Assembly: GCA_001662655.1 (NCBI GenBank)
Contig: KV460226.1
DNA: 64,000 nt
Strand: one strand, 5' to 3'
Source of the DNA: Pseudogymnoascus verrucosus
Lineage: Eukaryota
This document shows, piece by piece, positions 50,741-63,661 of this stretch. The notes under the pieces were generated by a model. That model was given only the letters and a program-made list of their open reading frames with translations. It was not told where the DNA came from and did not search any database. The position numbers were made by a program, and so were the translations under genes. Position 1 is the first letter of the stretch, and every line of letters begins with the position of its first letter.

Positions 50741-52249
50741 TTTGACAATGAAGCTTCGAGTCAAACTCAATATAGATTCTGGGACGTAGAGAAATTAATG
50801 ATCAATACTGGTATGTTGGTTTTCTTCCCTCCACAAGCACACTTTCCAAGGGCCGCGCTCATCACGTGTTCATGTAGGCCTTCACTTAAAACGGGAGCTA
50901 CCTTTCGCGCACAATTCAACGTATTACTTCCGTATAGCTGCATGTAGTGGGGCTATTGCTCCTCCAAGCTACTCCAAGGCCCTCCGGAGCTGAAAAGCCG
51001 ATACGCGGCGGAGCCATAACGGGAAATCCCTATTGAAACCCAAGGATGCCTGTCTCTGCCTCTACATTATTGTTTTTGTAATGCATCTCAACACTTTGTG
51101 TCCCTGTTGTGTACTAATCGATTGCATAAAGCCGCATCTCAGCACCAAAATGAATATACTTCTGAGGTCCACACTTAATGATCAGTACTTGTCTCACATC
51201 GCGGGCAATGCACCGACTCCCGTCTGCTGGGGTTGCTAGCGCAGCGCCAAAAAGTCCCCATAATGTACAAGTTGGAGAAATGGGGATGCACAGGCCCGCC
51301 CCAAGTCTGTGGGGCCGTGACGCCATATAGTGTTGAAGATACTGTACCATCCAACCTTAGTCGCTTAATATGCAATATTAAAAAAGTAGAGCTGATCTTC
51401 ATGATTTTGGAGCTGAAAAGCTGTGGGGTCTAGATCCCACGTCACATACAGGTGAAACCAATATTGCATGTAGGCATTATAGCAAAATGCACGCCTCGAT
51501 ATGTAACGGACAGCTATGGTAAGACAATAAATTAGGAATGCATATGTGTATGTGCCTCGGCCTAACTGGCCGAGGAGCATATGCAGGTCGGGGTGGTTGG
51601 CCTATAACATATACCTTTGAACTTGCAGAAAGCGGAACCTCTGTGCGACTTTCAGGTGGCTTTTTGGCGTATTAATTCCCGTTTTGAATGAGCCGTTGGG
51701 AGATGTCTCGGAGAAAACGCACTTAAACAGCAGCGCTGTGACTGTGTACGCTTTGCTTGCATATGAATCTTGTTTTAGAGCACGCTGCATGAATTTAAGG
51801 GATATTCCTATCATTCTGTGAGACCTAGGCAAGCTCTCCGCGTGTGGGTCATCCTCTCCAAAGCTAACGGGCCGGGAGGTGCAGTTGCACGGCTTTGTGA
51901 GTTGATAGGGCCCGGATAGTCTTTTATTGAGTAGGGCAGCGTATGGACCCTGTTTCAAGCGCATCTGATAGCCTCAAGTAGGGTCCATATTACCCCTCCA
52001 ATGGAAAGATCGGACGCATCTGGACACGACGAGTTGTCTGTATTGGGTCAGCTCAGGATATCTCACCGCCATCTGCTGGACCTCGATTATTCTCCACCTA
52101 TTTGACCTCTGTGCCGATTCGAAAAAACACTGAAGTTATCAGAACACGTGCCTGTGAGAACATCCTACTCATTGCGATTCACCATCGTCTGGCTTCACAA
52201 AGTAACGAGCGACTTCAAATCTACTATTCATCACCTTCTCAATAGCAAA

Positions 52250-53730
52250 ATGGACAGAGAACAGAGGATAGCGCAGCATAATGCTATCAAAACGCAACTC
52301 AAAACTCTCACCGATGCTGTGAATGCCTACTCCGCTACGTTTGAGAAGAACTCCTCATCCGACGACCTTGCGGCTATCGGCGAAATCTCACAATGCCAAG
52401 TCACGATGACTGAGAGCGTGAAGCAGATGCAAAGCGCTATCTATGGGCCATTGAATATGGTTATGTTGCATTATGAAGAGGTAAGCCTTTACATTCCTAC
52501 TACAAAGCAATGGCGAGAGCCGGACCTGATCTTGGATGGTGAAAGTAGTGTTTCCGTTCAAGCTCGCTTAGAACACTGCTGGAGATGGGTGTTTTTGATA
52601 TTCTGCCCGCTGATGGCAGTGAAATGTCCGCGGAGGAACTGGCTAAGAAGCTAGGCGTTGACGAAGCTCTTCTCGGTTTGTTATAAATGAAGCAGTGGGT
52701 TCGTAAGGTCGGGGCTAATGACACAAAGTTCGTCTGATGCGCATTGTCATACCTACATTCTTCGAAGAACCACGCCCAGAAGTTTACACTCACACGCCGA
52801 ACTCCAGAGTCTACTTGGAGCTTCCCTTGCGGGCCAACTTCAAAATGATGTATGAGAATTTGGTATTATTTTCAAAATAGATTAACCAGTTCTAACCTTC
52901 TTCAGGTACGACGAGACTTGCTTCGCGAGCATGAAGATGACCGAATTCTTCAAGAAAAATGGGTATATCAACCCCGACTCTCGGAGTAACAATCCCTACA
53001 CCTACGCCCATGACACTAAAGGCCTAAATATGTTCGAATTCCTCCTTCAGAACCCTGAGCGTTTCAAAAATTTCAACGATGCGATGCAAGCTCGTTCTTC
53101 CCAAACATCCCTTCCCTACGACTTGTTCCCTTTCAAAAACAAATTAGGAGAGGTGCAGACTACGGATGAGACTGTTCTGCTGGTAGATGTTGGCAGCGGC
53201 ATAGGCCAGGCTACGCTTGCCATTCGGGAGGCTTGTCGAGATGTAAAGGGGAAAATCGTCATGCAGGATCAGAAGGAGGTTATTGAGGGGATCGCAGGTC
53301 CGTTGCCGACGGGTGTGGTGGGAATGGCGCATGATTTCTTCAAACCGCAGCCAGTCAAAGGTACACTCTCCTCGCCCTATAATCAACTAATGGACTCACG
53401 AACCTGACAATTCTAGGTGCCCTCTATTATTACATCCACCGCTGTCTTCACGATTGGCCAGACTCCGATTGTCTCTTGATTCTGCAACATCTCGCTGCCG
53501 CGATGGAACCTGGCGTCTCGCGCATTTTGATCTCTGAGATTGTGATGCCCGTTGGACACGTCGATATCCAAACAGCGTGGTCGGATATTAACATGCTGAC
53601 ATTCAGCGGGGTGGAGCGGAGTGAAAAGCAGTGGGTAGACTTGCTGGAAAATGCTGGATTGAAAATTGCGAATATGCATGGCGATGATGGAGGATGCTAC
53701 TTCCGGGTATTGGAGGTTGTTCATAAGTAA
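52250..53730 (+). CDS. SAM-dependent O-methyltransferase (Methyltransf_2 / OmtA-like)
   Basis: Motifs LVDVGSGIG, MQDQ, HDFFKPQPVKG, CLHDWPD and GVERSEKQW. Confidence 0.93.
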
Positions 53731-53797
53731 ATTGGGCCATGGGCATACGGTGGCCATCTCGATAACATTTTAGAAGTGAAATAGCTGGCTTTAAATA

Positions 53798-53914
53798 AAT
53801 ATATTCTGCTGTCTTATTAAAATACTATGCCGTCCCCGAATTGAATATCTAGTTTAATATATATTCTGCTGTCTTATTAAAATAGTATGTCATCCCCGAA
53901 GTAAATATCTAGTT
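53798..53914. repeat. 60-bp tandem duplication at the right edge of the AT-richer block
   Basis: atattctgctgtcttattaaaata...ccccgaa..aatatctagtt occurs at 53801 and 53861. Confidence 0.92.
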
Positions 53915-53989
53915 GATTATAAATATTAGTATTAGTCCTGGCAGCTAAACGGCCACCATTGGGAACACAGACACCCTCCATCACGTTCG

Positions 53990-55502
53990 TTATGGGCCAT
54001 TTGTAGCACCGTGCTTCGACGCCTCCGCCGTTAGCCATCTCTCCAACTCCACCATCACCGCATTAGCAATGCGCTCCTCCACCACCCCCTTCTGCCAACT
54101 CAGCAGCACATTCAACTCTCCCCCCTTCACCGTCGCGACGCTAAACGAGTACGCCGCCCCAATCACATTCGCCGACTGTCCAAAAACAACACTCTCGCAT
54201 CTCACGCTCTCCTCTCCCCCATCCACCTTCTCGCTGCCAAAATCCACCACCCCCAAATTACTAATCTCAAAGCTTTTCTCCCGTGACTGCCCAGGCTTAC
54301 CCTCCAGAAACTTCATCATATTAGGTATCACCTTCAAGAAAGCCGAGAACTGGTTCTTCGTCCCCCCGGCACCCTTGGCCAACAGCCCCTTGACTCTCTT
54401 TGCTTCCTCCCACTCCACCCCATCGCCCAGCCTCCCCTTTCCCTTCGCATTTGATCGGAAAAACAGGCACGACATGGCGGATATATATGTCCCCATATCC
54501 TCTGCCCCCACCCCATCCGCGAACTTCCGCAAGCTAATCGCCACACTCGCGTCAATCCCTTTCGCACCCTTCGTCTTCCCCGCCACCACCTCCGCAGCAA
54601 CAACCATCAGCAGCGCCGTCACGCTCGTCTCGTGGCGCTTACACCGTGCCGCTAGCGCCGCCGCCTGCGCCGCTGAGAGACTGAATTGCCGCAGCTTCGT
54701 TACAACAGGCTGGGATTTCGTAATAAGGGCACCCGACCAGACGTCCCGGTTCGGGAAAACAGTCTGGTAAAGCGCGCGTAGAAACCCTCCTGTGGTGATG
54801 GTGAGCGGGACGGCGGTCTCGAAGGCGGGCGGTAGGTCGGCGCTGGATGGTTGAACGGTAGTAGGTGGGCTACTCGACGGCTCGCGCAGGGCGGCAAGAA
54901 GAGTGCGCTGGATGCAAGTCTGTACCGCGGCGCCGCTGAGCCCGTCACCAATAGCGTGGTGGTAGAAGAAGCCGATGGTTAGGTGGAATGGAGCTGGAGA
55001 CTTTAGTGTGGCATCCGCAGCAACAGGGGGCGACGGGATGACCAGGGCGCGCCATAGAGGTGAGGTGCCGTCATCGCCGAGGATGGGCGTGTTGAAGAGC
55101 TTGATGAGGTACTCCTCGACCGAGGCGTTAGGCTCGGTGAAGGTGACGAGGCTGGGGAGGTCAATGCTCTCGAGCCGGTTCCAGGATGGGGTCAGCGTGC
55201 TTGCGCCGAGAACTGAGATTCCTAGCGATGGGTGCTGGGCGATCAGCTGCGCCAGGACTTGGTACGTGAGGTTTGCGACGGCCGCCGAGCAGTCTGCTGC
55301 GAGGAAGGCAGATGAGAGGAGAGCCGGCGGGATGGTGTAGGTTGATGTGACGCCTACGTTGTTGTAATATCCCAGATGACTACGAGCGATATAATAACGC
55401 TCGATTATTCCTAGAATATCTGTCAGCCGCCGCGGGAGGGGAGAATCTGCGGATGGACGAACCGGGCGCCCGGATAGGCTTTTCTACTTGATTTTCCGCC
55501 AT
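53990..55502 (-). CDS. Alcohol acetyltransferase (AATase/Atf/Sli1-like, CoA-dependent acyltransferase)
   Basis: ATG 55502 and a short exon, then a long open exon (ERYYIARSHLGYYNNVG..QHPSL..PLWR..FYHHAIGDG..FEISNLG..FGQS). The HxxxD motif is present. The ORF track shows only the 3' part because the exon has no earlier in-frame start codon. Confidence 0.85.
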
Positions 55503-56533
55503 TTTCACTGGGATTTCGTTATGGAGCTGCCTGTCCACGAGATACGCCAATACGCAAAGTTAGAGAGGTCTAGCCAAGCTAATTAACGAGCAATCCCGTA
55601 AACTTCAACTTTGTAAAAAGGAGTTTCATGAAACAGCCTAAATCTTATGTCACGAGATACGCTTCGCACCCCCTGTAATCACGTGATATAAATGCTTATT
55701 TCAACCTTCCTACGACGACAACAGAAGACACGCTGGTGAGCCTTTCTCGTTCTGTATAACGTCGTTGCTATTATCTTTGACCAGTCTCAAATTTATTCCA
55801 TATGTATTGAACCTATTTCCTGACTTTACCGCCCGGCTGACCTCGTCCCAAATTCGGTCCATCATCAAGCCGCCTTCCCCGCGATTATTTCCCCAGATTC
55901 CCCTCCCCTGTCGCTCCAAGCCTTCCGGCATCTCCTTCCTCAACGGTCGGAGCTCTCCCCATGCATTCCCCTTCCCGGACTTCATCTATACCCTCATCTC
56001 CCACATGCGCCCCAATATCTCCGCCACGAGGACATCAGGCAACTGCCGGATCGCCTCTCTTGGTATTTCTTCTTCCCACCTCGCCTGCGACGGATAAAAG
56101 CATTCCTCGATGCCGCCATCCCGACACCACTCTATTTTCCGTCCTAGCTCCTTCAGGTCAATATATATCCCACCCACCCATTTGCCGGCGCGTCCTCCTC
56201 CGCCCAGCCAGGGAGGCAGCTTCATTTATTGAACGGTGATTATAGGCGGATATACACCACGCCGTGGCAAGTGCTCACATCGATGTGAATAGAGGAGGGT
56301 CATCAGACAACAGTCTGCGAAGAACAGGTTTGAGTCTCTTTCCGTTTGCATCTCAGCGCCCCGCGCGTCTTTTCGTGCTGGTGCTGCTCGGATGCTGCAG
56401 CCGAGAAGATGAAGACGTCCTGTGCGTGGTGCAGCCAGCTCCCGCAAAAGCCATATATATCCCCCGTTTATCCCCCTATCTTTCTCAGATCGAGAGTCTC
56501 TTGTTATATTAGCATATCAAAGACCCGCTCAAT

Positions 56534-57438
56534 ATGGTTTCCTTCACCTTTCTTGGCCTCGGCCTCCTGGCCCCTATCGTTGCCGCCCATGGCACAGTGA
56601 GCGGCATCATCGCCGACGGAAAATAGTGCGTCCCACCGATCTTTTCCCCTCACCTACATTCCTCTATACTCCCTCATCCACTCTCCTTCCTCCAGTCTCC
56701 CTCCTCCAGTCTCCCTCCTCCAGTCTCCCTCCTCCAGTCTTCCCCTCACCACTCCGCCCCAACCAAACTTCCCCACTAACCTCCTCCAGCTACGTGGGCT
56801 ACAACCCCTCCTTCCAGTGGGCCAACCCCATCCCATCTGTCGTCGGCTGGTCCATCCCCACCGACCTCGATAACGGCTTCATCGCCCCCTCCGCCTTCTC
56901 CACCTCCGACGTCATCTGTCACAAGGTAGCCACCCCGGGCCAAGACACCGCCCCCATCACCGCCGGCTCAACCCTAACTCTCGAATGGACCCCCTGGCCC
57001 GTCTCCCACCACGGACCAGTCATCGACTACCTCGCCCCTTGCAACGGGCCCTGTAAGTCGGTCGATAAGACCGCGCTGCGCTGGTTCAAAATAGATGGCG
57101 TTGGGCTCCTCTCCGGCAGCAACCCAGGTAACTGGGCAACTGACACCCTCATCGCGAATAACAACACCTGGACCGTTAAGATCCCAGCTGATATCGCGCC
57201 GGGAGAGTATGTCCTGCGCCACGAGATCATCGCATTGCATGCGGCGGGGCAGGCGGATGGGGCACAGGATTACCCGCAGTGTGTGAACCTCAATATCAAG
57301 GGCAGTGGCACCAAGAAGCCAACGGGCGTGGCGATGGTGGGGTTGTATACCCCGACGGATCCGGGGATTCTGTTTAATCTTTATACTTCGTTTTCGAGTT
57401 ACCAGATTCCTGGACCGGCGGTGTACGTGTCATCGTAG
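56534..57438 (+). CDS. AA9 lytic polysaccharide monooxygenase
   Basis: The signal peptide ends before His1 (HGTVSG). Motifs DVICHK, SHHGPVIDYLA, WFKID, LRHEIIALH and QDYPQC. One CT-rich intron. Confidence 0.95.
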
Positions 57439-58335
57439 GGGGTAGGAAGAGAGATATGATAGTGGGGTTGTGAGGGGTGAGGGGGGGACGAAGTGAGAAG
57501 ACGAGGACAGGGGGAAAGGCATACTGAAAGACATGAAGAGAGATGGGTTCTAAATTGAACACCCGGAGGATACTGTACATAACACTGAGGACTGGAATCT
57601 GCAATGCATCATCGTTGTCTCGCTGACCCCAGCTCTCCTTAGTCCCCAGTCCCGCACCTCCTTCCCGCTCATCCCTTGCAAGTGGGGTCGTGCCTTCCCT
57701 ATGGTAGACCTTTCATGGGTGGCACCTTCCATCTGTTAGATCATCCATGGGTGGCAACTTCCATACCTTCTTTCGATACATGCATAGGTCGCGCCTTCCG
57801 TCAGGTCTGCACCATATCATTGTCTATTCCCCCAGCGAGCAACCATTGGAAGGTGGAAGGTAAACATTACTATCACAGCACGCACACTTCACATCTTCAG
57901 AACACATCAATATCTAGTCCAGTAATCCATTTCTTTGTATACTGTATCTCGGAATCTTCGTCCCGTTCATAAACACAATCCGCCTTATTAATTCTCCCCC
58001 CGGAGCCATGATGCATCTACGCAAAGACCATTTTCTTCCGCAATCGATCGCCTCATTACTTATTAACCCCTCATACAGACGTGATAGGGCATACGATCCT
58101 TTGGGCGCTCCGTCAGTGATCATGGACGGCATTCACCTATCCTCACAGGCACTCGTCGCTCGCAGCACCCTGCTCCGACCCGGTAAAGAATGTCGAGAAG
58201 ATGTATGTATGTATTTTTCAACGACCGCCACCTCGTAGGCTAGAAGGGTATCGCACACCACCACCCGCAACCCCACATATATTACTCCCCCGTCTCTACT
58301 CCATTCATACAAGATTAGGTGAGGTAAGTGGATGC

Positions 58336-59414
58336 TTACAACACGAAGGCGGCAAGACCAGCAACGGCCATGACACCGGCAGCAGCGGCAGTCTGTCTGG
58401 CACCTCCAGCAGAGGAGGTGGAGGTTCCAGAGCCGGAGCCGGAGCCGCCGGTGGAGGAGCTGGAGCCAGCACCACCAGCAGCACCGCCGTTGCCGGAGTC
58501 AGAACCACCGGTGGAGGCGGATCCAGATCCAGAGGAGACAGTGGTAACAAAGGTGGAGGAGCCGCTGGTGACAGTGCTCACATCGCCACCAGCTCCGCTG
58601 CCGGAACCACCGTTGGCACCTCCGGCGGCGCCGAAGAGGGTGGTGACGGCCTTTCCGTCAGAGGTGACGGTGGAGACCGGGGTCGCGCTGGCGTCAGAGG
58701 AGTAGATGGTGGTGGAGCCGACAGTCTTGGAGTCGGAGACAACAGCCGAGGTGGTGATTGGGACTGGGCCGCCCTCAGCACCGGAGCCGCTGGCACCTGC
58801 GCCACCTCCAACAGCGCCGCCGGCCTGGGATACGTTAGATATGATTCAGTAAGTGAGAGAGGCGAGGGAACTTACACCACCAGCACCGTCAGTGGCGGAT
58901 GCGGAAGAAGAGGCGGCAGTTCCGGTGGCAGAGCCAGCACCGGCTCCGGCGCCGGAGCCCGAGCCCGAGGTGGAAGCACCGCTGTCAGAGCCGCCGTTCT
59001 GGCCTAGTCGCGCCGTTAGTACGAACGTTCAAACGCTTCAGAAAGAGCAAGAGGGGACTCACCCTTGCAGAAGGCGGTGCCGTAGGCGATGATCTTAGGG
59101 GCGTCAGAGCCGCAGGCCTCATTGGCGCAGTCACGGATACCGTAGGCGAAGTCGCTCTTGTTGCAGAGGCAGGCGGCATCAGTGTTAGAGCAGCCAAGGG
59201 TGGCGGCCTGGGCGAGCATGCTCTTCACGCATTGTTGCTGTGATGTGTTAGTGAGTGTCTATTGGGTTGTTTGGTGATGAATTGTTGTGTTTTGGGGGGT
59301 GAATTGACACGAATTGAGGCGAGGTTCACTTACACCACAAGCAGTGAGATCGGACACGGACTGTGCAGACGCGAGGGCGGCGAGAGCACCGACAAAGACA
59401 ATGGAGTACTTCAT
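58336..59414 (-). CDS. CFEM-domain GPI-anchored cell-surface protein
   Basis: Signal peptide MKYSIVFVGALAALASA. An 8-Cys CFEM pattern (C..QQC..GC..DAACLC..IRDC..AC..FC), a Ser/Gly/Thr-rich stalk and a hydrophobic GPI tail (AAGVMAVAGLAAFVL). Confidence 0.92.
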
Positions 59415-60599
59415 GTTGATGATTGTTGAGAGTGAAGAGATTGAGTGTGTGTGTGTATGAAGATTGAGAAGAGCTGTGTGTTTAGGTATTTGCGAGTTGT
59501 GAGGTGAAGAGGAGGTTTTGTTAAGATCTGGGCGCGGATCGGGGCTGTTTACATTTATATGTGGAGGACGGCGATGGACGATGGGGACGATGGGTGTGGA
59601 GCTTGCAGCAGGTGGGTCGGCGAGGAGTGGAGCGGCGCGGTACTTGGAAGGGAAAAACAAGACGGGATTTTGGAGAAAGTGTGGATTTCTTGATTGGGGA
59701 GATTGGGGGGAGATTTGGGGCGGAGGGGGTTGGAGGCTGTAGGTGGGCTAACAGGTTGCTAGGGGGGGGGAGGATGGGAAAAATAGGGAACAGGAGGGAA
59801 AGCAGGAACACACAGCACAACGGCGAACAGGGGAGCAAGGGGATAGCTCCGGTCTCAGTTGGATGTCTGTTTTGGGTAAATGTGTGCATATTTGTGCGTT
59901 AGTGGGAGGCAATTGAAGACATTCTGGGGGTTGTTCCGTCACAATGCTGCAGGCAATAGTGAACACAACGCGGGGGGGTTGCGGTGTGGTGCGGTGTGAT
60001 GCGGTGTGATGCGGTCTGAGGCGGGAGTGATGCTTGACAGAAAAAGGGACAGGTAGGGGCGTATAGGCATGACTAGAGACGTAGGACGAAGAGACGAGAT
60101 AGCTATCTATGATGTGATGTGTTGGCTGCGTGCAGGAGAAGTGCAGGAGAAGTGCAGCTACTAGAGGAGGAGAGTGCAGTAATAGTAATAGTAAACCCAG
60201 TGGTACATATGAAGCTGCAGATATACATGTCATAGTGAGTTAGTGAATAGTCGAGTGAATGTTCAGTGTTGTTGACAGGGAGATACAGCGGAGATGCTGA
60301 ATCTGAGTGGCAAAAAGACGTGCACTGACAGTGAAGGGGAACGGCGGCTATCATCCCCGGTCTCCAATAGAGATGTCTAATTTCCTGAGTAATGGAAATG
60401 TCCGATGGAAATGTCAATGGACCATGGGCAAATGGAAAATTAGACTTCAGGTCCTGGTTAACCGACTTCTTTGTCTGGTTAGAGACGTGTATCTAGTGGG
60501 GTTTAGTTGACTTTAGCAGGTTGTTAGGTCTTAAAAAAAACAGGGATAGTTTCCTGTATTTCGGTAGACCAGGGCACAACAAGCGCGGTTGCTATAAGA

Positions 60600-60675
60600 C
60601 TAGGATAAATAGTTGGGCTTAGGATACAGCTAGGATCTAGGATACAGCTAGGATACAGTTAGGATACAGCTAGGA
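60600..60675. repeat. Short tandem repeat (about 11-bp unit TAGGATACAGC)
   Basis: taggatacagc/taggatacagt is repeated about 4-5 times with variants. Confidence 0.85.
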
Positions 60676-63538
60676 AAGGATTAGGACGCCGCAAGTGTTC
60701 CTTGGTTGGCTGATGCTTAGAGGACACTGTGGTGGCTTGAACTGGTCTGTAGTGAAAGACGGGTCGGAGATGAGGGTGAGACAGACAACGATAGCTGTCG
60801 CACATTCATCTCGTTCTCCTGCCTTGATGGGATATGAGTGTATCACTGCGAAACGCCCAGTATGAAATATATTATCACTTTCTAAGGGGCTGTCTTGTGA
60901 ACAGTCGACAATTGATCAAATTGAAGCAATTGACACATAAATTGATACTTATCCTCACTCACGATGGATGATGATGCTGACGATGCACTGATCTGCTGTC
61001 ATTCACTAGCGTTAGAGTGCACCTACCCAAAGGAAAGCGCCACTCGGACTTGAGAGCTGGGAAGGGAAGGGACGACAAGGGTAGCTAGGAAGGGGTAGAA
61101 AGGCAGAAAGGGTAGGCACTGCGGCAACCCACAGCCGTGCATGGGCAGTACAATTCTCTACAACTCTACAACTATCTACAACGTGTAGCATTCGCAGGGT
61201 TGCTGTGGCCGATTGCCGACTTTCATCCTTCCTAGGGAGATCTTAACGGAGATGGGACCTGAGAACCTTAACGTGGGAGTTACTACAGCGCATACAACCA
61301 TTGCTATAGGGTACATCACGATACAATGCAATACAACATCATGAAGAGAGTCCAGATGAACAAATAAGGGCTCAAATCTACGACATGACAGATAGCTGCG
61401 TTGTGCTGTGCCAGCGAACATCTTCAGGGCCAACTGGACAACGATTGTTGGAGAAGCCAATGTACCAGTCCAAGTCATGCCCATGTACCCATCATCCAAA
61501 GACCATAGCACAATACTGACAGGGAGCAATCTCGCAGGTCTCACAAACAACGTCCCTGACATCATACGTTTCTTTTCTTCTGTCGCCGTCGACCAGCCAT
61601 TGGCCGCCGCCGCTCCTCCTGCGGTACTCGCTGTCAATGCAGCGATGCGGTGATGTATCAGTCAATCGAATCGCATCCAATTTGCATTGTCATAGGGGCC
61701 TACAACTCAAATTGACCCTCGGAGATGGTTACAGTACTACAGCTTATCTCTGTGCTGTGCGTTACTCCAGTACCAAACATTGACGCCCGGGAAATTTATC
61801 CCCTCTTCCCCTTCCCCTTCCACGGTACAACAAACAAACGCGGTGCACAGAAGAAGAAAACAAGCCGCAAAACCAGGAACTCCCGTCGCCAACACGCGCC
61901 ATGCACCTTCAATGTTTGTCCTGCCAAGGTCTCAATCCCAGCATCGCGTCGGCCTAGCGCGATGGAGCTCTCCTCCGCGCAATTACGGTACAGAGTGGTA
62001 CTTTCCCCAATTAACAGTGCGCTCAGTTACTCCTCAGCTCGCCATGGGTGAGACAGGCGTCCATGGGTCAAGGATGCGCCGGTGATCGCGGGGTGGATTG
62101 GGATTAGATTGGGTTTGCTTTGGGATTGGCTATTGATTTGGGGGTGCGGAGTACTTTAGGATTTCATCCCGACTGGGATGGGCCAGACGAAGGAGCGCGA
62201 TGATGGGGTGGATGATGGGATTGTGGGATTGTGGCTCCCCCAGGAGATGGCGGTGCTGAAAAAGCTTGGTTAGGGGCAGACTGGGGACGATGACTTCATC
62301 CGCCTCAAGAGAGATAAGAGCTCAGCCACGACTCGGGGTAGTAGGACCGACCATACACGGCCATACCGACTGAATCGACATAGTTTGGCTTTTTATCAGC
62401 CATATACTTCACCGGTCACGCCGAGCATATCTCATCCTCGTCTGTGAAGACAGGCTGTGAAGAAATCTTCATCGATGGATGTCCATGCCTTTCCATTACC
62501 CACCACAGAGCAGATCCCGGCGATCAACACGCCACTTCATCTGTCACCCATTCCACCCTCGGTTACGGGATAAATATCTCCCCAAGTAGAGCCTCATCTC
62601 GCGTCGAGCAAGCGCAAACTGACTACCTGACCACGTGTGGGAAATGAGCCAGCGTAGTAGAACCACTACGGATCCAGACCCGAGCAGAACCGTCGACGCC
62701 GAACCAGGCAGTCGCATCAATAGCCTCGGTCAGCCCTCTACTCTCCTTACTGCCTCCTTACTCCCATAGTGCAGCACTACCCACGCCCTTACAATTCGCT
62801 CTGTCGATCATCATCTGTCGCAGAGCCGCTCCGCCAACCATCGATCCACCACGCCCACCTGCCAGATTGCCCAGCTTCCGGATGCGGAAGAACGCGATCC
62901 GATGAGGATCTGCGAGAAATCTCTTTTCTCCCATTTTATGGGAGTTTTCATGGCTCGTAGGGATGATGTCCAGAGTCTGTCCTGTCCACGTGAATTATAT
63001 CGTCATATTGCCCACTCACTTTATCTACTGTGGATTATATTGTCATTGAAGGGAATTGGCTGTGCTTGTGCTGTATCGTATCCCCTAATTGTCGTGATCA
63101 AACTTTCTCTTCTCTCATCAAGGTTGGAAAAAACATCGCCGCGGTATTAGGGGGAAGCAATGTGGTCGGTTTCGACTACCAAATAGTGTAAGTACCTTTT
63201 CATAGTAATTTGTATGTAAAGGTACATAAATCAATTATCGTATGAAATTTCAATTTGTCGCTCCCGCAATCTCTCCTACTCCTTCTCTCCCTGTTGCTCT
63301 CGGCTTTTGGTTTAGGAACTGGCTCTTTGCATGCGGAAGGAATTGGGATGCCAGCATTACGAGGGGCTGCCACCCTCTTTTCGGAGGCGGTCTTCCTCTC
63401 AGGCCTAAACTCCAGCCCTACAGAGCTGCTGTCTGGCTTGATTTGGTAGCATGGCGAGCTATCCGGGCTCTTTAGCTTGGGCCTTTTAAACCTAAAGCTC
63501 AGCTTTCTGAGGGCCCTGAGGAGCGCGGAGTCAGTGAG

Positions 63539-63661
63539 ATAAAGGGGGAAGGAACGGCTTAGTGCGGAATATAGGTCGCACTTGCCAATACTAGAACCCT
63601 CTCTTGTCATAAAGGGGGAAGGAACAGCTTAGTAAGAGATATAGGTCGCACCTGCCAATAC
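63539..63661. repeat. About 53-bp direct repeat with a 70-bp period
   Basis: ataaagggggaaggaac(g/a)gcttagt...atataggtcgcac(t/c)tgccaatac occurs at 63539 and 63609. Confidence 0.9.

Noticed and set aside
50770..52249. Hidden gene, such as a transcription factor, between the two OMTs
   Set aside because: Only short ORFs are present, with no Zn2Cys6 or other recognisable motif. A decayed remnant cannot be excluded.
54622..55410. Frameshifted or pseudogenised acetyltransferase
   Set aside because: Manual translation shows one continuous frame. The ORF caller started late only because no in-frame ATG/GTG/TTG occurs earlier in the exon.
60600..60675. CRISPR-like array
   Set aside because: The sequence is eukaryotic, and this is a simple tandem repeat without unique spacers.
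61176..61653. 153-aa and 81-aa ORFs as genes
   Set aside because: They have non-ATG starts, no recognisable domain and no convincing exon structure.
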